NCBI GenBank assembly: GCA_963843795.1
Contig: CAWJLW010000006.1
Location: forward strand, 1,550,001-1,614,000
Source: an uncultured bacterium
Lineage (GTDB): Bacteria > Armatimonadota > Abditibacteriia > Abditibacteriales > Abditibacteriaceae
Direction of reading: 5' to 3'
DNA: 64,000 nucleotides
Below are positions 1 through 10,145 of the stretch, piece after piece. The notes beneath the pieces were generated by a model, which was given only the letters and a program-made list of their open reading frames with translations, searched no databases and was not told where the DNA came from. The position numbers and the translations under genes were made by a program. How positions within the stretch are numbered: position 1 is the first letter of the stretch; each line of letters begins with the position of its first letter.

Positions 1-468
1 ATCCGCCCGCCCAACCGCCACGCCGCCACACTTTCTGCGCGCTTTATCGCAACAATCGCGACGGCACCTTTTCCGATGTCACCAAAGGCAGCGGACTGGA
101 AATCGAAATCTTCGGCTTGGGTGTGTGCGTGGGCGATTACGACAACGACGGACGCGACGATCTGTATCTCACAGGCTACGGACGCAACTTCCTCTTCCAC
201 AACCAAACCACTCAAGTCCACAGCTCACAAGCTCACAGCTCACAAGCTCACAGCTCACAAGCTCACACCGCACAAACACAACCCAAAGACACACAAAGCG
301 CAACCCAAAGACTACATCAAAGCGCAACCCAAGTTCGTGGAAGTGGCACAGGCGGCGGGTGTGGTCGATGGTGGGTTGAGCACGAGTGCAGCGTGGCTGG
401 ATTACGACCGCGATGGAAAGCTCGACCTCTTTGTCGGTCACTACACCGATTGGAATCCACAATCTGAC
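1..468 (+). repeat. Duplicated block A, copy 1 (matches 2185-2642)
   Basis: Identical by eye apart from the repeat-associated indel at about 276-300 (net 10 nt longer). Confidence 0.9.
219..263 (+). repeat. 15-bp tandem repeat x3 (CACAGCTCACAAGCT, encodes HSSQA)
   Basis: Read directly; same repeat at 2403-2447. Confidence 0.9.
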
Positions 469-1221
469 TTGTATTATTCAGTGTTTCAGGACAATCGCAG
501 CAAAAGTTATTCGGGGCCAATTCCCTATCGCGGTCAGGCCAATCGCTTGTATCACAATAAAGGCGCAGGACAGTTTGTTGATGTTTCGGTCAAAGCAGGT
601 ATTCTGGTTCATTCATTGAAAGAAAAAGCAGGGGCAAAGAAAATCGCCACCGGTGAAGTACCCGCACTAGATGCAAATCAGGGCAAAACTTTGGGTTTAG
701 CGATTTGCGACTATGATAACGATGGCTGGCCCGATATCGCCGTCGCCAACGATGAAGTTCCCAACTACTTGTTTCACAATCGGCGCAATGGCACTTTTGA
801 GGAAGTTGGAAAGCGCATCGGTATAGCCTATAGTGCAACAGGTAAAGCGCGCGGCGGAATGGGAATCGACACTGCCGATATCGATCATTCAGGACAGGAA
901 AGCGTGCTTATTGGAAACTACTCTGACGAAATGATGGCGCTTTTTCAACAAAAAAACGGCTTGTTTTCCGATACTGCGGCTTACGCAGAAATCGCTGGCC
1001 CCAGTGAAAAGTTCGTCGTCTTTGGAGCCGTTTTCATCGATGTCAACAACGATAGCTGGCCCGACATTATGACCGCCAACGGTCACGTTCTCGACGATGT
1101 CAAAAACATGCGCCGCGACCTCAGCTATGCTCAGCGTCCGCTTCTCTTCCTGAACCTGCAGAGTCGTCAGGTAACCAAATTTGCAGAAATTGGCAAGACG
1201 AGCGGACTTGATAAAGCCGTA

Positions 1222-1742
1222 GTAGGACGTGGATTAGCTTGTGGTGATATCGATTTGGATGGGGATGTGGATGTCGTGGTGTGCAACAATGGCGGTGCTC
1301 CTCTGCTGTTGCGCAACGACAGCCGCAACCCAAGCCACGCCATTCGACTCACTCTTCAAGGCACAACCAGCAATCGTAGCGCCCTCGATGCTCAAGTGCA
1401 AATCATCCTCGATACGAACTCGCAAAACCCGCAGAGCCCGCAAAACCAGCAGAGCCCGCAAAACCAGCAGAGCCCGCAAACCAAACCAACGGCAATCGGT
1501 TCAGCTCAGGCAGGCTCCAGCCCAACCAACTCACAGGAACTCTTGTATCGACGGGTGCGCAGCGGCTCGAGCTATCTCTCGCAAAGCGAACGCGCGCTCA
1601 CCGTGGGTGTGGGACAGGCCAAAAGCGTGCGCCAACTCAGCGTGCACTGGCCTTCAGGAAAGCTCACCATACTCAAAAATCTCCCCGCCGATCACTCCTT
1701 CATCGTAAAAGAAAATAACGGAATTGTTAACACAGAACCGCT
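1222..1742 (+). repeat. Duplicated block B, copy 1 (matches 3426-3946)
   Basis: About 521 bp at offset 2204; only one substitution seen (cgc/cgt at about 1593/3797). Confidence 0.9.
1423..1480 (+). repeat. 18-bp tandem repeat x3 (CAAAACCMGCAGAGCCCG, encodes QNQQSP/QNPQSP)
   Basis: Read directly; same repeat at 3627-3684. Confidence 0.9.
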
Positions 1743-1793
1743 TGCTAAAAGAACACAATAATTCAGAAAACTTCAGTTTCACCTTTCTTTGTC

Positions 1794-3965
1794 ATGCAAT
1801 CCTCCGCCATTCGCACTTTTTTCCAACTGACTGGCTTAGCTGCTATGGTGGCAGCTGTCATCGGCATTGCTCTGACGTGGCAGGATTCTGCACGCAAAGA
1901 AAAACCTTTCGATTATCAACCATCGAAACCTAGGGCAACTACAGTAGGGCCAGTTCAATTCACCGATATCACGCGCAGCGCGGGCATAGATTTTCGCTAT
2001 AACAACGGAGCTTTTGGCGCGAAATTCTTTCCCGAAAACATGGGCGGTGGCGCAGCGTTTTTCGATTACGACGGGGATGGGTGGCCGGACTTGCTTTTGG
2101 TCAATGGGCGCGACTGGACGGCAGGGGAAGTCGCTGCTTACCGGCAAGGCAGCGGACGCGAGCACAAAAAGCAGCACGGATTCGATCCGCCCGCCCAACC
2201 GCCACGCCGCCACACTTTCTGCGCGCTTTATCGCAACAATCGCGACGGCACCTTTTCCGATGTCACCAAAGGCAGCGGACTGGAAATCGAAATCTTCGGC
2301 TTGGGTGTGTGCGTGGGCGATTACGACAACGACGGACGCGACGATCTGTATCTCACAGGCTACGGACGCAACTTCCTCTTCCACAACCAAACCACTCAAG
2401 TCCACAGCTCACAAGCTCACAGCTCACAAGCTCACAGCTCACAAGCTCACACCGCACAAACACAACCCAAAACACAACCCAAAGACTACATCAAAGCGCA
2501 ACCCAAGTTCGTGGAAGTGGCACAGGCGGCGGGTGTGGTCGATGGTGGGTTGAGCACGAGTGCAGCGTGGCTGGATTACGACCGCGATGGAAAGCTCGAC
2601 CTCTTTGTCGGTCACTACACCGATTGGAATCCACAATCTGACGCATGGCATTCACTAGACGATAAGAACAAGAGTTACGCACCGCCTACCGCTTATAAAG
2701 GCGATGTGTGCCGCTTATACCACAATCTGGGCGCGGGGAAGTTCGCCGATGTTTCGGTTGCAGCGAGCATTCAAGCGCAACCGACAACCAACGCAAAATC
2801 GGGGCAGTTACGCAGTAAAACGCTCGGCGTGGCCGTTTTAGATTACGATAACGATGGATGGCCCGATATCGCAGTCGCCAATGATAACGAGCCAAATTAC
2901 CTGTTTCACAATCGCCATAACGGGACATTTGCTGAAGTTGCCCATCGCGCGGGCGTGGTATTTGGCGCTTCAGGCATCGCTCGTTCGGGCATGGGAATCG
3001 ATGCCGCTGATATCGACCATTCGGGACGCGAAAGTCTGCTCATTGGTAACTTTGCTGGACAGATGCTCAGTTTATTTTTCAATCAGGGAAATGGCACTTT
3101 CAATGATCTGGCTTCATTAGCGGGTGTTGCCAGTCCCAGCCACAGCTTTCTCACTTTTGGTTGTATGTTTTTGGATGTCAACAACGATGGCTGGCCCGAC
3201 ATTATGACGGCTAACGGACACGTTCTCGACGATATCCGTAAATCGCGCCACGATCAAAGTTACGCGCAACGTCCGCAGCTTTTTTTGAGCCAAGGGCGCA
3301 ATCCGAATAGCTTCAAGCAGCAACATTCGGCATCCACTACAACAGCAAGTACTTCGGAACTACAAGCGCCAGTTCGTTATGCAGAAATTGGCTTGAGTAC
3401 GGGAACAGCAATGACTCAGCTCATTGTAGGACGTGGATTAGCTTGTGGTGATATCGATTTGGATGGGGATGTGGATGTCGTGGTGTGCAACAATGGCGGT
3501 GCTCCTCTGCTGTTGCGCAACGACAGCCGCAACCCAAGCCACGCCATTCGACTCACTCTTCAAGGCACAACCAGCAATCGTAGCGCCCTCGATGCTCAAG
3601 TGCAAATCATCCTCGATACGAACTCGCAAAACCCGCAGAGCCCGCAAAACCAGCAGAGCCCGCAAAACCAGCAGAGCCCGCAAACCAAACCAACGGCAAT
3701 CGGTTCAGCTCAGGCAGGCTCCAGCCCAACCAACTCACAGGAACTCTTGTATCGACGGGTGCGCAGCGGCTCGAGCTATCTCTCGCAAAGCGAACGTGCG
3801 CTCACCGTGGGTGTGGGACAGGCCAAAAGCGTGCGCCAACTCAGCGTGCACTGGCCTTCAGGAAAGCTCACCATACTCAAAAATCTCCCCGCCGATCACT
3901 CCTTCATCGTAAAAGAAAATAACGGAATTGTTAACACAGAACCGCTGCGCAGAAATATGCAATGA
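1794..3965 (+). CDS. CRTAC1/ASPIC-UnbV family FG-GAP repeat protein, copy 2 (intact, N-terminal membrane anchor)
   Basis: 723-aa ORF with an N-terminal hydrophobic helix, ENMGGGAAFFDYDGDGWPDL, several FG-GAP repeats and an ASPIC/UnbV C-terminal domain. Confidence 0.9.
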   Translation: MQSSAIRTFFQLTGLAAMVAAVIGIALTWQDSARKEKPFDYQPSKPRATTVGPVQFTDITRSAGIDFRYNNGAFGAKFFPENMGGGAAFFDYDGDGWPDLLLVNGRDWTAGEVAAYRQGSGREHKKQHGFDPPAQPPRRHTFCALYRNNRDGTFSDVTKGSGLEIEIFGLGVCVGDYDNDGRDDLYLTGYGRNFLFHNQTTQVHSSQAHSSQAHSSQAHTAQTQPKTQPKDYIKAQPKFVEVAQAAGVVDGGLSTSAAWLDYDRDGKLDLFVGHYTDWNPQSDAWHSLDDKNKSYAPPTAYKGDVCRLYHNLGAGKFADVSVAASIQAQPTTNAKSGQLRSKTLGVAVLDYDNDGWPDIAVANDNEPNYLFHNRHNGTFAEVAHRAGVVFGASGIARSGMGIDAADIDHSGRESLLIGNFAGQMLSLFFNQGNGTFNDLASLAGVASPSHSFLTFGCMFLDVNNDGWPDIMTANGHVLDDIRKSRHDQSYAQRPQLFLSQGRNPNSFKQQHSASTTTASTSELQAPVRYAEIGLSTGTAMTQLIVGRGLACGDIDLDGDVDVVVCNNGGAPLLLRNDSRNPSHAIRLTLQGTTSNRSALDAQVQIILDTNSQNPQSPQNQQSPQNQQSPQTKPTAIGSAQAGSSPTNSQELLYRRVRSGSSYLSQSERALTVGVGQAKSVRQLSVHWPSGKLTILKNLPADHSFIVKENNGIVNTEPLRRNMQ
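2185..2642 (+). repeat. Duplicated block A, copy 2 (matches 1-468)
   Basis: Direct comparison of the two segments. Confidence 0.9.
2403..2447 (+). repeat. 15-bp tandem repeat x3 (HSSQA)
   Basis: Read directly. Confidence 0.9.
3426..3946 (+). repeat. Duplicated block B, copy 2 (matches 1222-1742)
   Basis: Direct comparison of the two segments. Confidence 0.9.
3627..3684 (+). repeat. 18-bp tandem repeat x3 (QNQQSP)
   Basis: Read directly. Confidence 0.9.
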
Positions 3966-4060
3966 TTTTCGTCATGCGCTTATCGAATCGAATATAATTT
4001 CTTATATCCCAATTTGCTGTCAAGAGCCGTGAAAGAATTGCGTTTTCAAAGGAGATCGAG

Positions 4061-4309
4061 ATGAATAATTTGCATTGGAAGAATCTCGTTGCATTGAGTA
4101 TTGGTTTTGGCCTATTGGCCAGCGTAGCAGGTTGTGGTGGCAGTAATTCCAGCGGTGATTCCAGCGGACAAGCGTTTCAAAGCGGTGAAGCTGCTTCTGA
4201 GGCTTACCGAAACGCACCGCCAATTCCCAAAAGTCAAAATGGAGACGACGGAGGTCGAGCAGCAGCATATCGAAATCGTATGAACAATACTCAATCGTCA
4301 GGTCAGTAA
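4061..4309 (+). CDS. Small predicted lipoprotein, unknown function
   Basis: AAGGAG RBS, signal peptide ending in lipobox VAGC, terminator downstream. Confidence 0.75.
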   Translation: MNNLHWKNLVALSIGFGLLASVAGCGGSNSSGDSSGQAFQSGEAASEAYRNAPPIPKSQNGDDGGRAAAYRNRMNNTQSSGQ

Positions 4310-4332
4310 CAAATAGAATTTCCACGAAACAC

Positions 4333-4368
4333 AAAAGCGCCGCGACTTAATTAAGTCGCGGCGCTTTT
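4333..4368. terminator. Bidirectional intrinsic terminator, 36-bp perfect palindrome centred on TTAATTAA (no core motif)
   Basis: AAAAGCGCCGCGACTTAA|TTAAGTCGCGGCGCTTTT between convergent genes. Confidence 0.85.
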
Positions 4369-4392
4369 CATTGTTGCATTTGGCGGAATGCT

Positions 4393-5169
4393 TTACTGGT
4401 ACTTCTTGGTCAACAAAGCGATTTGAGATTTCGCTGCGTCGGAAGGCACATCACAGTTCACGGCTTGTGCGCTCCAAACATTGCCACAATCGCCGCCCAA
4501 ACTATTCTGGTCATTGAACGCGCCATACATATTCAGCGGCACCATGGTTTGCATCGGACGCATCGATTTGACATGACCGTCAGCAAACAAGCAGTTCATG
4601 GTGCTCAAGTGACCGGCAAAGGTCATGTTTTCCCATTTCCATGAATCGTTGGGGTCGCCCGGCACCCAGCTCGGAGCGCCAAAAGTGAAATCTTCATATC
4701 CGGGAGTGATTTCGCCGACTTCAATTTTCTGCGCCACGTTCTGAACCGCCGACAACGAATAGGCTTCGTTGTCTTTCAAAATGCGCAAGTTACCACCGTA
4801 GTTGGCAGGAACTGAGGGGTAACCCAATCGAGCGGGATCACTGCCAGTCGCCGAGTTGGATGGGCATTTGAACAACTGCGTGCTTTTCACATAAGGCTGG
4901 ACCAATTGACGCCAGCTTAGCTGATTGCCCGTCCACGTATTCGAGCCACCCATAGGCTGCTTTTCATCATAATCCTGCGAATACTGCATCAAACCCAAAC
5001 CAATCTGCTTCAAGTTGCTGGAACAGCTTGCACGACGCGCATTTTCACGAGCACGGGCGAAAACAGGAAACAAAATCGCCGCCAAAATGGCGATGATAGC
5101 AATAACAACTAACAACTCGATCAGCGTGAAACCGCGCTTGCCGCCTCGGCGGCCAAACATGTGATACAT
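4393..5169 (-). CDS. DUF1559 prepilin-type N-terminal cleavage/methylation protein with H-X9-DG motif
   Basis: [71 protein letters not shown]. Confidence 0.93.
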   Translation of the reverse strand: MYHMFGRRGGKRGFTLIELLVVIAIIAILAAILFPVFARARENARRASCSSNLKQIGLGLMQYSQDYDEKQPMGGSNTWTGNQLSWRQLVQPYVKSTQLFKCPSNSATGSDPARLGYPSVPANYGGNLRILKDNEAYSLSAVQNVAQKIEVGEITPGYEDFTFGAPSWVPGDPNDSWKWENMTFAGHLSTMNCLFADGHVKSMRPMQTMVPLNMYGAFNDQNSLGGDCGNVWSAQAVNCDVPSDAAKSQIALLTKKYQ

Positions 5170-5543
5170 TCGAATCTCCTTTGAATAAACGCCCTATTTC
5201 GAATATTTGTAAATCGTATTACTGAATTCACAAATCCCTACTTGTTGCGTGTTAGTCTTGTACCCAAATGTGAAGTTTTCCTAACCTTTTTTCCGAAAAT
5301 ATTTCGATAGGCTTACGAATGTGCACTCTTCAACCTTACTTTGTGAACGTTCTCTCACTCGCCTAACAGTACTTGCAAGGCTCTAATTGCGCAAAAGCAG
5401 GTAAAAGCTGACGAAACGCCGGCAAAAATTTTGTCGAAATAAATTTGGCCGATGCGCAATCCACAAGAGATTTATACCAAGACACTCAGTCAATTGTCTT
5501 TGTGAACTTATTCGTTATGAAGGTATTATTGTATAATATCCTC

Positions 5544-6572
5544 ATGATTAAACTTTCTGCCACACAACTCTTCGGCGGACTTTTCAGGCGTGCATTATCG
5601 GCGCGTCGTCTGCGCGGAGCACGGCGTCTTTATCGTGGGCAGAAAACGGTCAAGCGAGCGCGCGACGACGATCAGCTCAAATTGTATGGCGAATTATTAC
5701 CGGGTGGCTTTTTGCATTATGGTTTTTTCGATGACACTAGCACTTCGCCGCGCGAAATTTCTCTCAATGACATCTCGCGTGCTCAACAGCGCTACGCCGA
5801 TATTGTAATGGAGCGCATCGAAAATGGTGGCGGGCCGGTTCTGGATGTGGGCTGTGGATTGGGCGGCATGGTGCGCCTGCTGCTCGAACGCGATTTGCAA
5901 CCAGTCGCGCTATCGCCCGACAAACATCAAATCGCGCGTATCAAAAATCATTTTCCAAATGTGGAAACTTTGGAAACTCGCTTTGAGGATTTGGCGACTG
6001 CAGCGCATAGTGCGCGTTATGGCACAGTGTTGACTGCCGAATCTTTGCAGTATCTCGATATGGAAAAAGCGCTGCCGATTATGGCGACGATTTTAAAGTC
6101 GAGCGGGCGCTGGGTCGCGTGCGATTATTTTCGCAAGGGCGAGCGCGATAATAGCAGTCGCAGCAAGTCGGAGACATGGGAAAGTTTTGTGGCATTGCTG
6201 GAACAGCACGGCATGAAAGTTTCGTCTCAGCGCGACATTACCGCCCACGTTTTGCCGACGCTGGCTTATCTGCATTTGTGGGGCAACGAAATTGGACGGC
6301 CTGTCATCAACTTTTCCATTGGCAAAATACGGCGCAAAGCGCCCGCGCTGCATCACCTCTTGGAAGAAACTTTGACTTTGATGCAAAACGGCGTCAATCG
6401 CAATTTGGATTTGGTCGATCCCAAAAAATTCGCGGCGAATTATCGTTATTTGTTGCTGGAAATTTCAGTGATTCCAGAGCTTAAAACCGACTTCACCAAA
6501 GCGCAGCGTGAAAGTTCATCTCCTGAAGTGGTGGTGTCCGCAAACGGAAATTTGCAAAAAATCGGTCGATAG
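5544..6572 (+). CDS. Class I SAM-dependent methyltransferase (sterol/tocopherol/CFA-like)
   Basis: LHYGFF and VLDVGCGLGG motifs; start placed at ATG 5544. Confidence 0.8.
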   Translation: MIKLSATQLFGGLFRRALSARRLRGARRLYRGQKTVKRARDDDQLKLYGELLPGGFLHYGFFDDTSTSPREISLNDISRAQQRYADIVMERIENGGGPVLDVGCGLGGMVRLLLERDLQPVALSPDKHQIARIKNHFPNVETLETRFEDLATAAHSARYGTVLTAESLQYLDMEKALPIMATILKSSGRWVACDYFRKGERDNSSRSKSETWESFVALLEQHGMKVSSQRDITAHVLPTLAYLHLWGNEIGRPVINFSIGKIRRKAPALHHLLEETLTLMQNGVNRNLDLVDPKKFAANYRYLLLEISVIPELKTDFTKAQRESSSPEVVVSANGNLQKIGR

Positions 6573-6581
6573 CCGACAATC

Positions 6582-6615
6582 AAAAGCGCGCTGCAAGTAC
6601 TTGCAGCGCGCTTTT
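6582..6615. terminator. 34-bp perfect palindrome/terminator centred on GCAAGTACTTGC
   Basis: AAAAGCGCGCTGCAAGT|ACTTGCAGCGCGCTTTT between convergent genes. Confidence 0.85.
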
Positions 6616-6626
6616 CTCATTAAGTT

Positions 6627-7895
6627 TCACACTGATTCGACGGCTTCTGCAGCTTCGACTCGTGGTGCGCTTTCCAATTCATCCAAACGCGATAATTCGG
6701 GCCAAATTTTGTGTATGGCACCCACACTGAGCAGCGTGCCCGCACCGCCCAAAATAACCGCCAGCGCGGGGCCGAAAAACTTTGCCATCACGCCGCTTTC
6801 AAAATCGCCCATTTCGTTCGACGTGCCAATAAAAACGCTGTTGATGGCCGAAACGCGCCCGCGCATTGCATCGGGCGTGAGAACTTGCACCAAGGTGTGA
6901 CGAATCACGACCGAAATGCAATCGAGCGCGCCGCCGAACAACAGCATCGCGAACGAGAGCACAAAGATATTGGAAAGGCCGAAAACAATTGTCGTCACGC
7001 CAAAACCCGAAACTGCCCACAGCAGTAATCTGCCACTGTTACGAAGCGGCGGCATTGCGGCTAAAGCCAAACTCATTAAAAGCGCGCCGACGGCAGGCGC
7101 AGCGCGCAACCAGCCCAAACCCGACGGCCCAGCGTGCAAAATATCGCGTGCAAAAATCGGTAACAACGAGACTGCACCGCCCAGAAAAACCGCTACCATG
7201 TCGAGCGTAATAGTCGCGGAAAGTAGCGGGTGCGAACGCACAAAACTCCAGCCGGCCAACAGTGAACCCAGCGAGGTTTTCTCTTTGGTTATCTGCTGCG
7301 CGCGCCCACGAATAAACACAATCAAGAGCGCGTTGAATAGCAGCGCGCCCGCTTCCATCCAGTAAACAGGGGCGGCGCGGTGCCAATAAGCCAGTAGCAA
7401 ACCACCCAATGCGGGGCCGCTCATCGAAGCGAGTTGCCAGCGGCTGGTGTTCCACGTCACCGCCGAAGCGAGTTCATTTTCTGGCACCAGTTGAAACATC
7501 CACGCCGAACGCGCCGGTCCTTCGAATGCGCGCGCCGTGCCGCTCAACAAAAGCCACAAATAAAACCAGTGCAGCGCGCCGTTGTTGGCGGAATTAAAAC
7601 CCAGACCAACCATTGCCAGTGCATTACACAACGTGGCAGCCAAAATGATGTGTTTGCGCGAAACACGGTCGGCGACCTGCCCCGCAGGCAAGGCAAGCAA
7701 AATGACCGGCAGCGCTTGCACCAATCCAACCAAGCCCAAAGCGAGCGCGGAATTCGTGCGGTTGTAAAGCTCCCAACCCACCGCGACACCCGCCATGTGC
7801 GAAGTGAGCGCGGAAAAAAAGCCGCCCAGCGAGTACAATTGGAAATCGCGATGGCGCATCGCCGCCAGCGTGTCGCGTCGTTGTGGAGTGGACAT
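6627..7895 (-). CDS. MFS transporter (MFS_3/EntS-like)
   Basis: About 12 hydrophobic segments, AGQVADRVSRK motif A, TPDAMRGRV; start at MSTPQ. Confidence 0.9.
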   Translation of the reverse strand: MSTPQRRDTLAAMRHRDFQLYSLGGFFSALTSHMAGVAVGWELYNRTNSALALGLVGLVQALPVILLALPAGQVADRVSRKHIILAATLCNALAMVGLGFNSANNGALHWFYLWLLLSGTARAFEGPARSAWMFQLVPENELASAVTWNTSRWQLASMSGPALGGLLLAYWHRAAPVYWMEAGALLFNALLIVFIRGRAQQITKEKTSLGSLLAGWSFVRSHPLLSATITLDMVAVFLGGAVSLLPIFARDILHAGPSGLGWLRAAPAVGALLMSLALAAMPPLRNSGRLLLWAVSGFGVTTIVFGLSNIFVLSFAMLLFGGALDCISVVIRHTLVQVLTPDAMRGRVSAINSVFIGTSNEMGDFESGVMAKFFGPALAVILGGAGTLLSVGAIHKIWPELSRLDELESAPRVEAAEAVESV

Positions 7896-7921
7896 GAAAA
7901 AAGAAATTAGTGAGAGAAAAG

Positions 7922-7957
7922 AAATTTGGCCCTGCAAGTACTTGCAGGGCCAAATTT
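7922..7957. terminator. 36-bp perfect palindrome centred on GCAAGTACTTGC, downstream of metF
   Basis: AAATTTGGCCCTGCAAGT|ACTTGCAGGGCCAAATTT. Confidence 0.75.
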
Positions 7958-7978
7958 GGGATTAAAAATCAATCGAGA

Positions 7979-8878
7979 TCAATTTTTTTGTTGCAGCGCT
8001 TGCGTAATTAAGTTGGTGGCCTTAGATTTATTCAGGGTGTAAAAATGCAAACCATCGACGCCCTCGGCCATTAATTCTTCGCACTGCGAAATTGCGTGTT
8101 CGACGCCTGCCGCGTGCACCGACATCGGATCGGATTCCAAACTTTCCATGCGCTGCAACAGCGGATGTGGAATTTTCGCGCCGCACATCGTGACAAAACG
8201 CTTGATTTGCGCCACATTCAAAATCGGCATCAGGCCAGCGACAATCGGCGCCGTAATTCCCATGCCGCGCACTTTGTCGCGCCAGTGCAGAAAATCTTTG
8301 TTATCGAAAAACAATTGCGTGATAACGAACTGCGCGCCTGCATCGAGCTTACGCTGAAGCATTTCAATATCGCGCATCAAATTCAAACACTGCGGATGGC
8401 CTTCGGGGTAACCAGCGACTCCAATACAAAAATCGTGACGCGCCCGCGTGAAACGCACCAAATCGTCGGCGTAATCGAAAGCCTCGGGGCCAGTCGGGCG
8501 CACACCATCGGGCGCATCGCCGCGCAATGCCAGCACGTTGCGAATGCCGCTTTGCCACAGCGTGTCCAGAGCATCGCCCATTTCCTGTCGGGTGTGATGT
8601 GCACAAGTCAGGTGCGACATAGCGCGAAAACCCAGCTCGTTTTGAATTTGCGCGGTCAATTGCAGAGTTTGTGCGGTGCCCGCTCCCGTACGCGTGACCG
8701 AAATAAAATCGGGGCCGAGTGGCTTCAAGTCGTCGATGGCAGCGAAAAGAACATCGCGGGCCGCGTCGTCTTTAGGCGGGAAAAACTCAAAGGAAAGCAG
8801 CGGGCGACCGGCCTGAAAACAAGCGTCGATGCGCGGTTGTTCGGAAGGGGAAATTCGAGAATCGGAATGCAGCTTCAT
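7979..8878 (-). CDS. metF: Methylenetetrahydrofolate reductase
   Basis: SFEFFPPK, HLTC, LALRGD, GYPEGHP, ITQLFFD, HFYTLN. Confidence 0.96.
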   Translation of the reverse strand: MKLHSDSRISPSEQPRIDACFQAGRPLLSFEFFPPKDDAARDVLFAAIDDLKPLGPDFISVTRTGAGTAQTLQLTAQIQNELGFRAMSHLTCAHHTRQEMGDALDTLWQSGIRNVLALRGDAPDGVRPTGPEAFDYADDLVRFTRARHDFCIGVAGYPEGHPQCLNLMRDIEMLQRKLDAGAQFVITQLFFDNKDFLHWRDKVRGMGITAPIVAGLMPILNVAQIKRFVTMCGAKIPHPLLQRMESLESDPMSVHAAGVEHAISQCEELMAEGVDGLHFYTLNKSKATNLITQALQQKN

Positions 8879-9170
8879 AGCTCGCCAGTGTAATGCAAAA
8901 TCCCAGAGCAGGTCTATGCCAAGCGCTTTTTACTGCCTTCACTGTTGCCACTAATGTCTCAGATCGCCATGTTGTCATTGCACAGAGTGCAATCCGCGAT
9001 GAATTCAAGGCAATCAATCACTTTGATTTATTGCACTATGGGTAAAATGTTTCCCAAAATGTTACGAAACGAGATGTTACGGGTATAAGAGATCCCCCTC
9101 GCCCTTGATGTCATTGCGTCAAAAAATAAGGCGACGGCAATCCAATTTAAGTCACAAACTGCGCACACTC

Positions 9171-9926
9171 ATGAAGAATCGTAATTTCAGAAGCCGCTTT
9201 CACGGTTTCACACTCATCGAACTCTTGGTCGTTATTGCCATCATTGCCATTTTAGCGGCGATTTTGTTTCCAGTTTTTGCCCGTGCGCGCGAAAATGCGC
9301 GGCGCGCGAGTTGTTCGAGCAACTTGAAACAGATTGGCTTGGGCTGGCTGCAATATGCGCAAGACTATGACGAAACTGTCGTACCTTATACAAACACTGG
9401 CGGTTCTGGCGGCTATGCTCATGCCTGGACAACGGCGCTGCAGCCGTATTTAAAGAGCACACAAATTATGGTCTGTTCCAGCAAAAGCGATAGAACCGTT
9501 GGATATACCTACAACGCCGAAATTGCGCGTGTTCTGGGTGGCGGCGGGCCGCGTTCGCTGGCTGGCTTTCCTTCGGTCGCACTCACGCCCATCATGATCG
9601 ACGCCGAAGGTGTTTCCTATACGCCCCCTGCTGGTGTTTCGCTTTCCAACGTGAATCAAGCGCTGGGCTTTTTCATCGACAGTGCCTCCGCTGAAGGTAC
9701 GACGGGTCGCCGTTTGAATGACCCCACGAATCTGGCCGGGGGATACGCTACCGACAATGTGGGCCGCATCGCTGCCAACCGCCATCTCGAACAGGCCAAC
9801 TATCTGTTCGCCGATGGTCACGTCAAATCGTTGAAGGGTAACGGAAATAACAGCGTGCGCGCTGCTACCAATGGACTCGATTACAATGGTGACGATGTGT
9901 TAGGCGATACCGTCACGATGCGTTAA
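9171..9926 (+). CDS. DUF1559 prepilin-type N-terminal cleavage/methylation protein with H-X9-DG motif
   Basis: [47 protein letters not shown]. Confidence 0.92.
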   Translation: MKNRNFRSRFHGFTLIELLVVIAIIAILAAILFPVFARARENARRASCSSNLKQIGLGWLQYAQDYDETVVPYTNTGGSGGYAHAWTTALQPYLKSTQIMVCSSKSDRTVGYTYNAEIARVLGGGGPRSLAGFPSVALTPIMIDAEGVSYTPPAGVSLSNVNQALGFFIDSASAEGTTGRRLNDPTNLAGGYATDNVGRIAANRHLEQANYLFADGHVKSLKGNGNNSVRAATNGLDYNGDDVLGDTVTMR

Positions 9927-9951
9927 AAATCAGTCAGATATCTCCGAAAGT

Positions 9952-10005
9952 CAAAGCACAGCGCGCCGCAAGTACTTGTAAGTACTTGCGGCGCGCTGTG
10001 CTTTG
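9952..10005. terminator. 54-bp hairpin containing a tandem doubled core (GCAAGTACTT-GT-AAGTACTTGC)
   Basis: 26-bp perfect arms around a 2-nt spacer, after the prepilin gene. Confidence 0.8.
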
Positions 10006-10145
10006 GTCGTGCGTGATAAAGAAAGGCTTGGGACGACTAAGCTGAGTTGCTTGAGGAATAAATACTTACAAAACCTTTTCCTGAAAATGAATTGATTTGC
10101 TGCAAGATTTCTGCGCTATAATGGGTCTTGGAAAAGGGAGCGAAA

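Larger units (their letters stand above)
1..1761 (+). pseudogene. CRTAC1/ASPIC-UnbV family FG-GAP repeat protein, copy 1; 5' end outside the window, frameshifted near 285-300
   Basis: FG-GAP/VCBS motifs (DYDRDGKLDLFV, DYDNDGWPDIAV, DIDLDGDVDVVV) and ASPIC C-terminus (GSSYLSQS...VHWPSG). The N-terminal part (GVCVGDYDNDGRDDL) lies in the 117..467 frame and the rest in the 76..1761 frame. Confidence 0.75.

Noticed and set aside
219..3684. 15- and 18-bp tandem repeats as CRISPR or regulatory arrays
   Set aside because: They are spacer-less, in-frame VNTRs encoding low-complexity loops.
5205..5235. Imperfect inverted repeat ATTTGTAAAT...ATTCACAAAT upstream of the prepilin gene, and an ATGTTACG direct repeat near 9059-9083
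   Set aside because: Short, AT-rich single instances; not enough to call operators.
8096..8893. Long antisense or alternative-frame ORFs (for example 8096-8893, 27780-28529, 24232-24885)
   Set aside because: They overlap well-supported genes and have no recognisable motifs, so they are probably shadow ORFs.
8879..9100. SAM or other riboswitch upstream of metF (and TPP riboswitch upstream of thiE)
   Set aside because: No recognisable SAM-I, SAH or TPP consensus by eye. An Rfam scan would be needed to exclude one.
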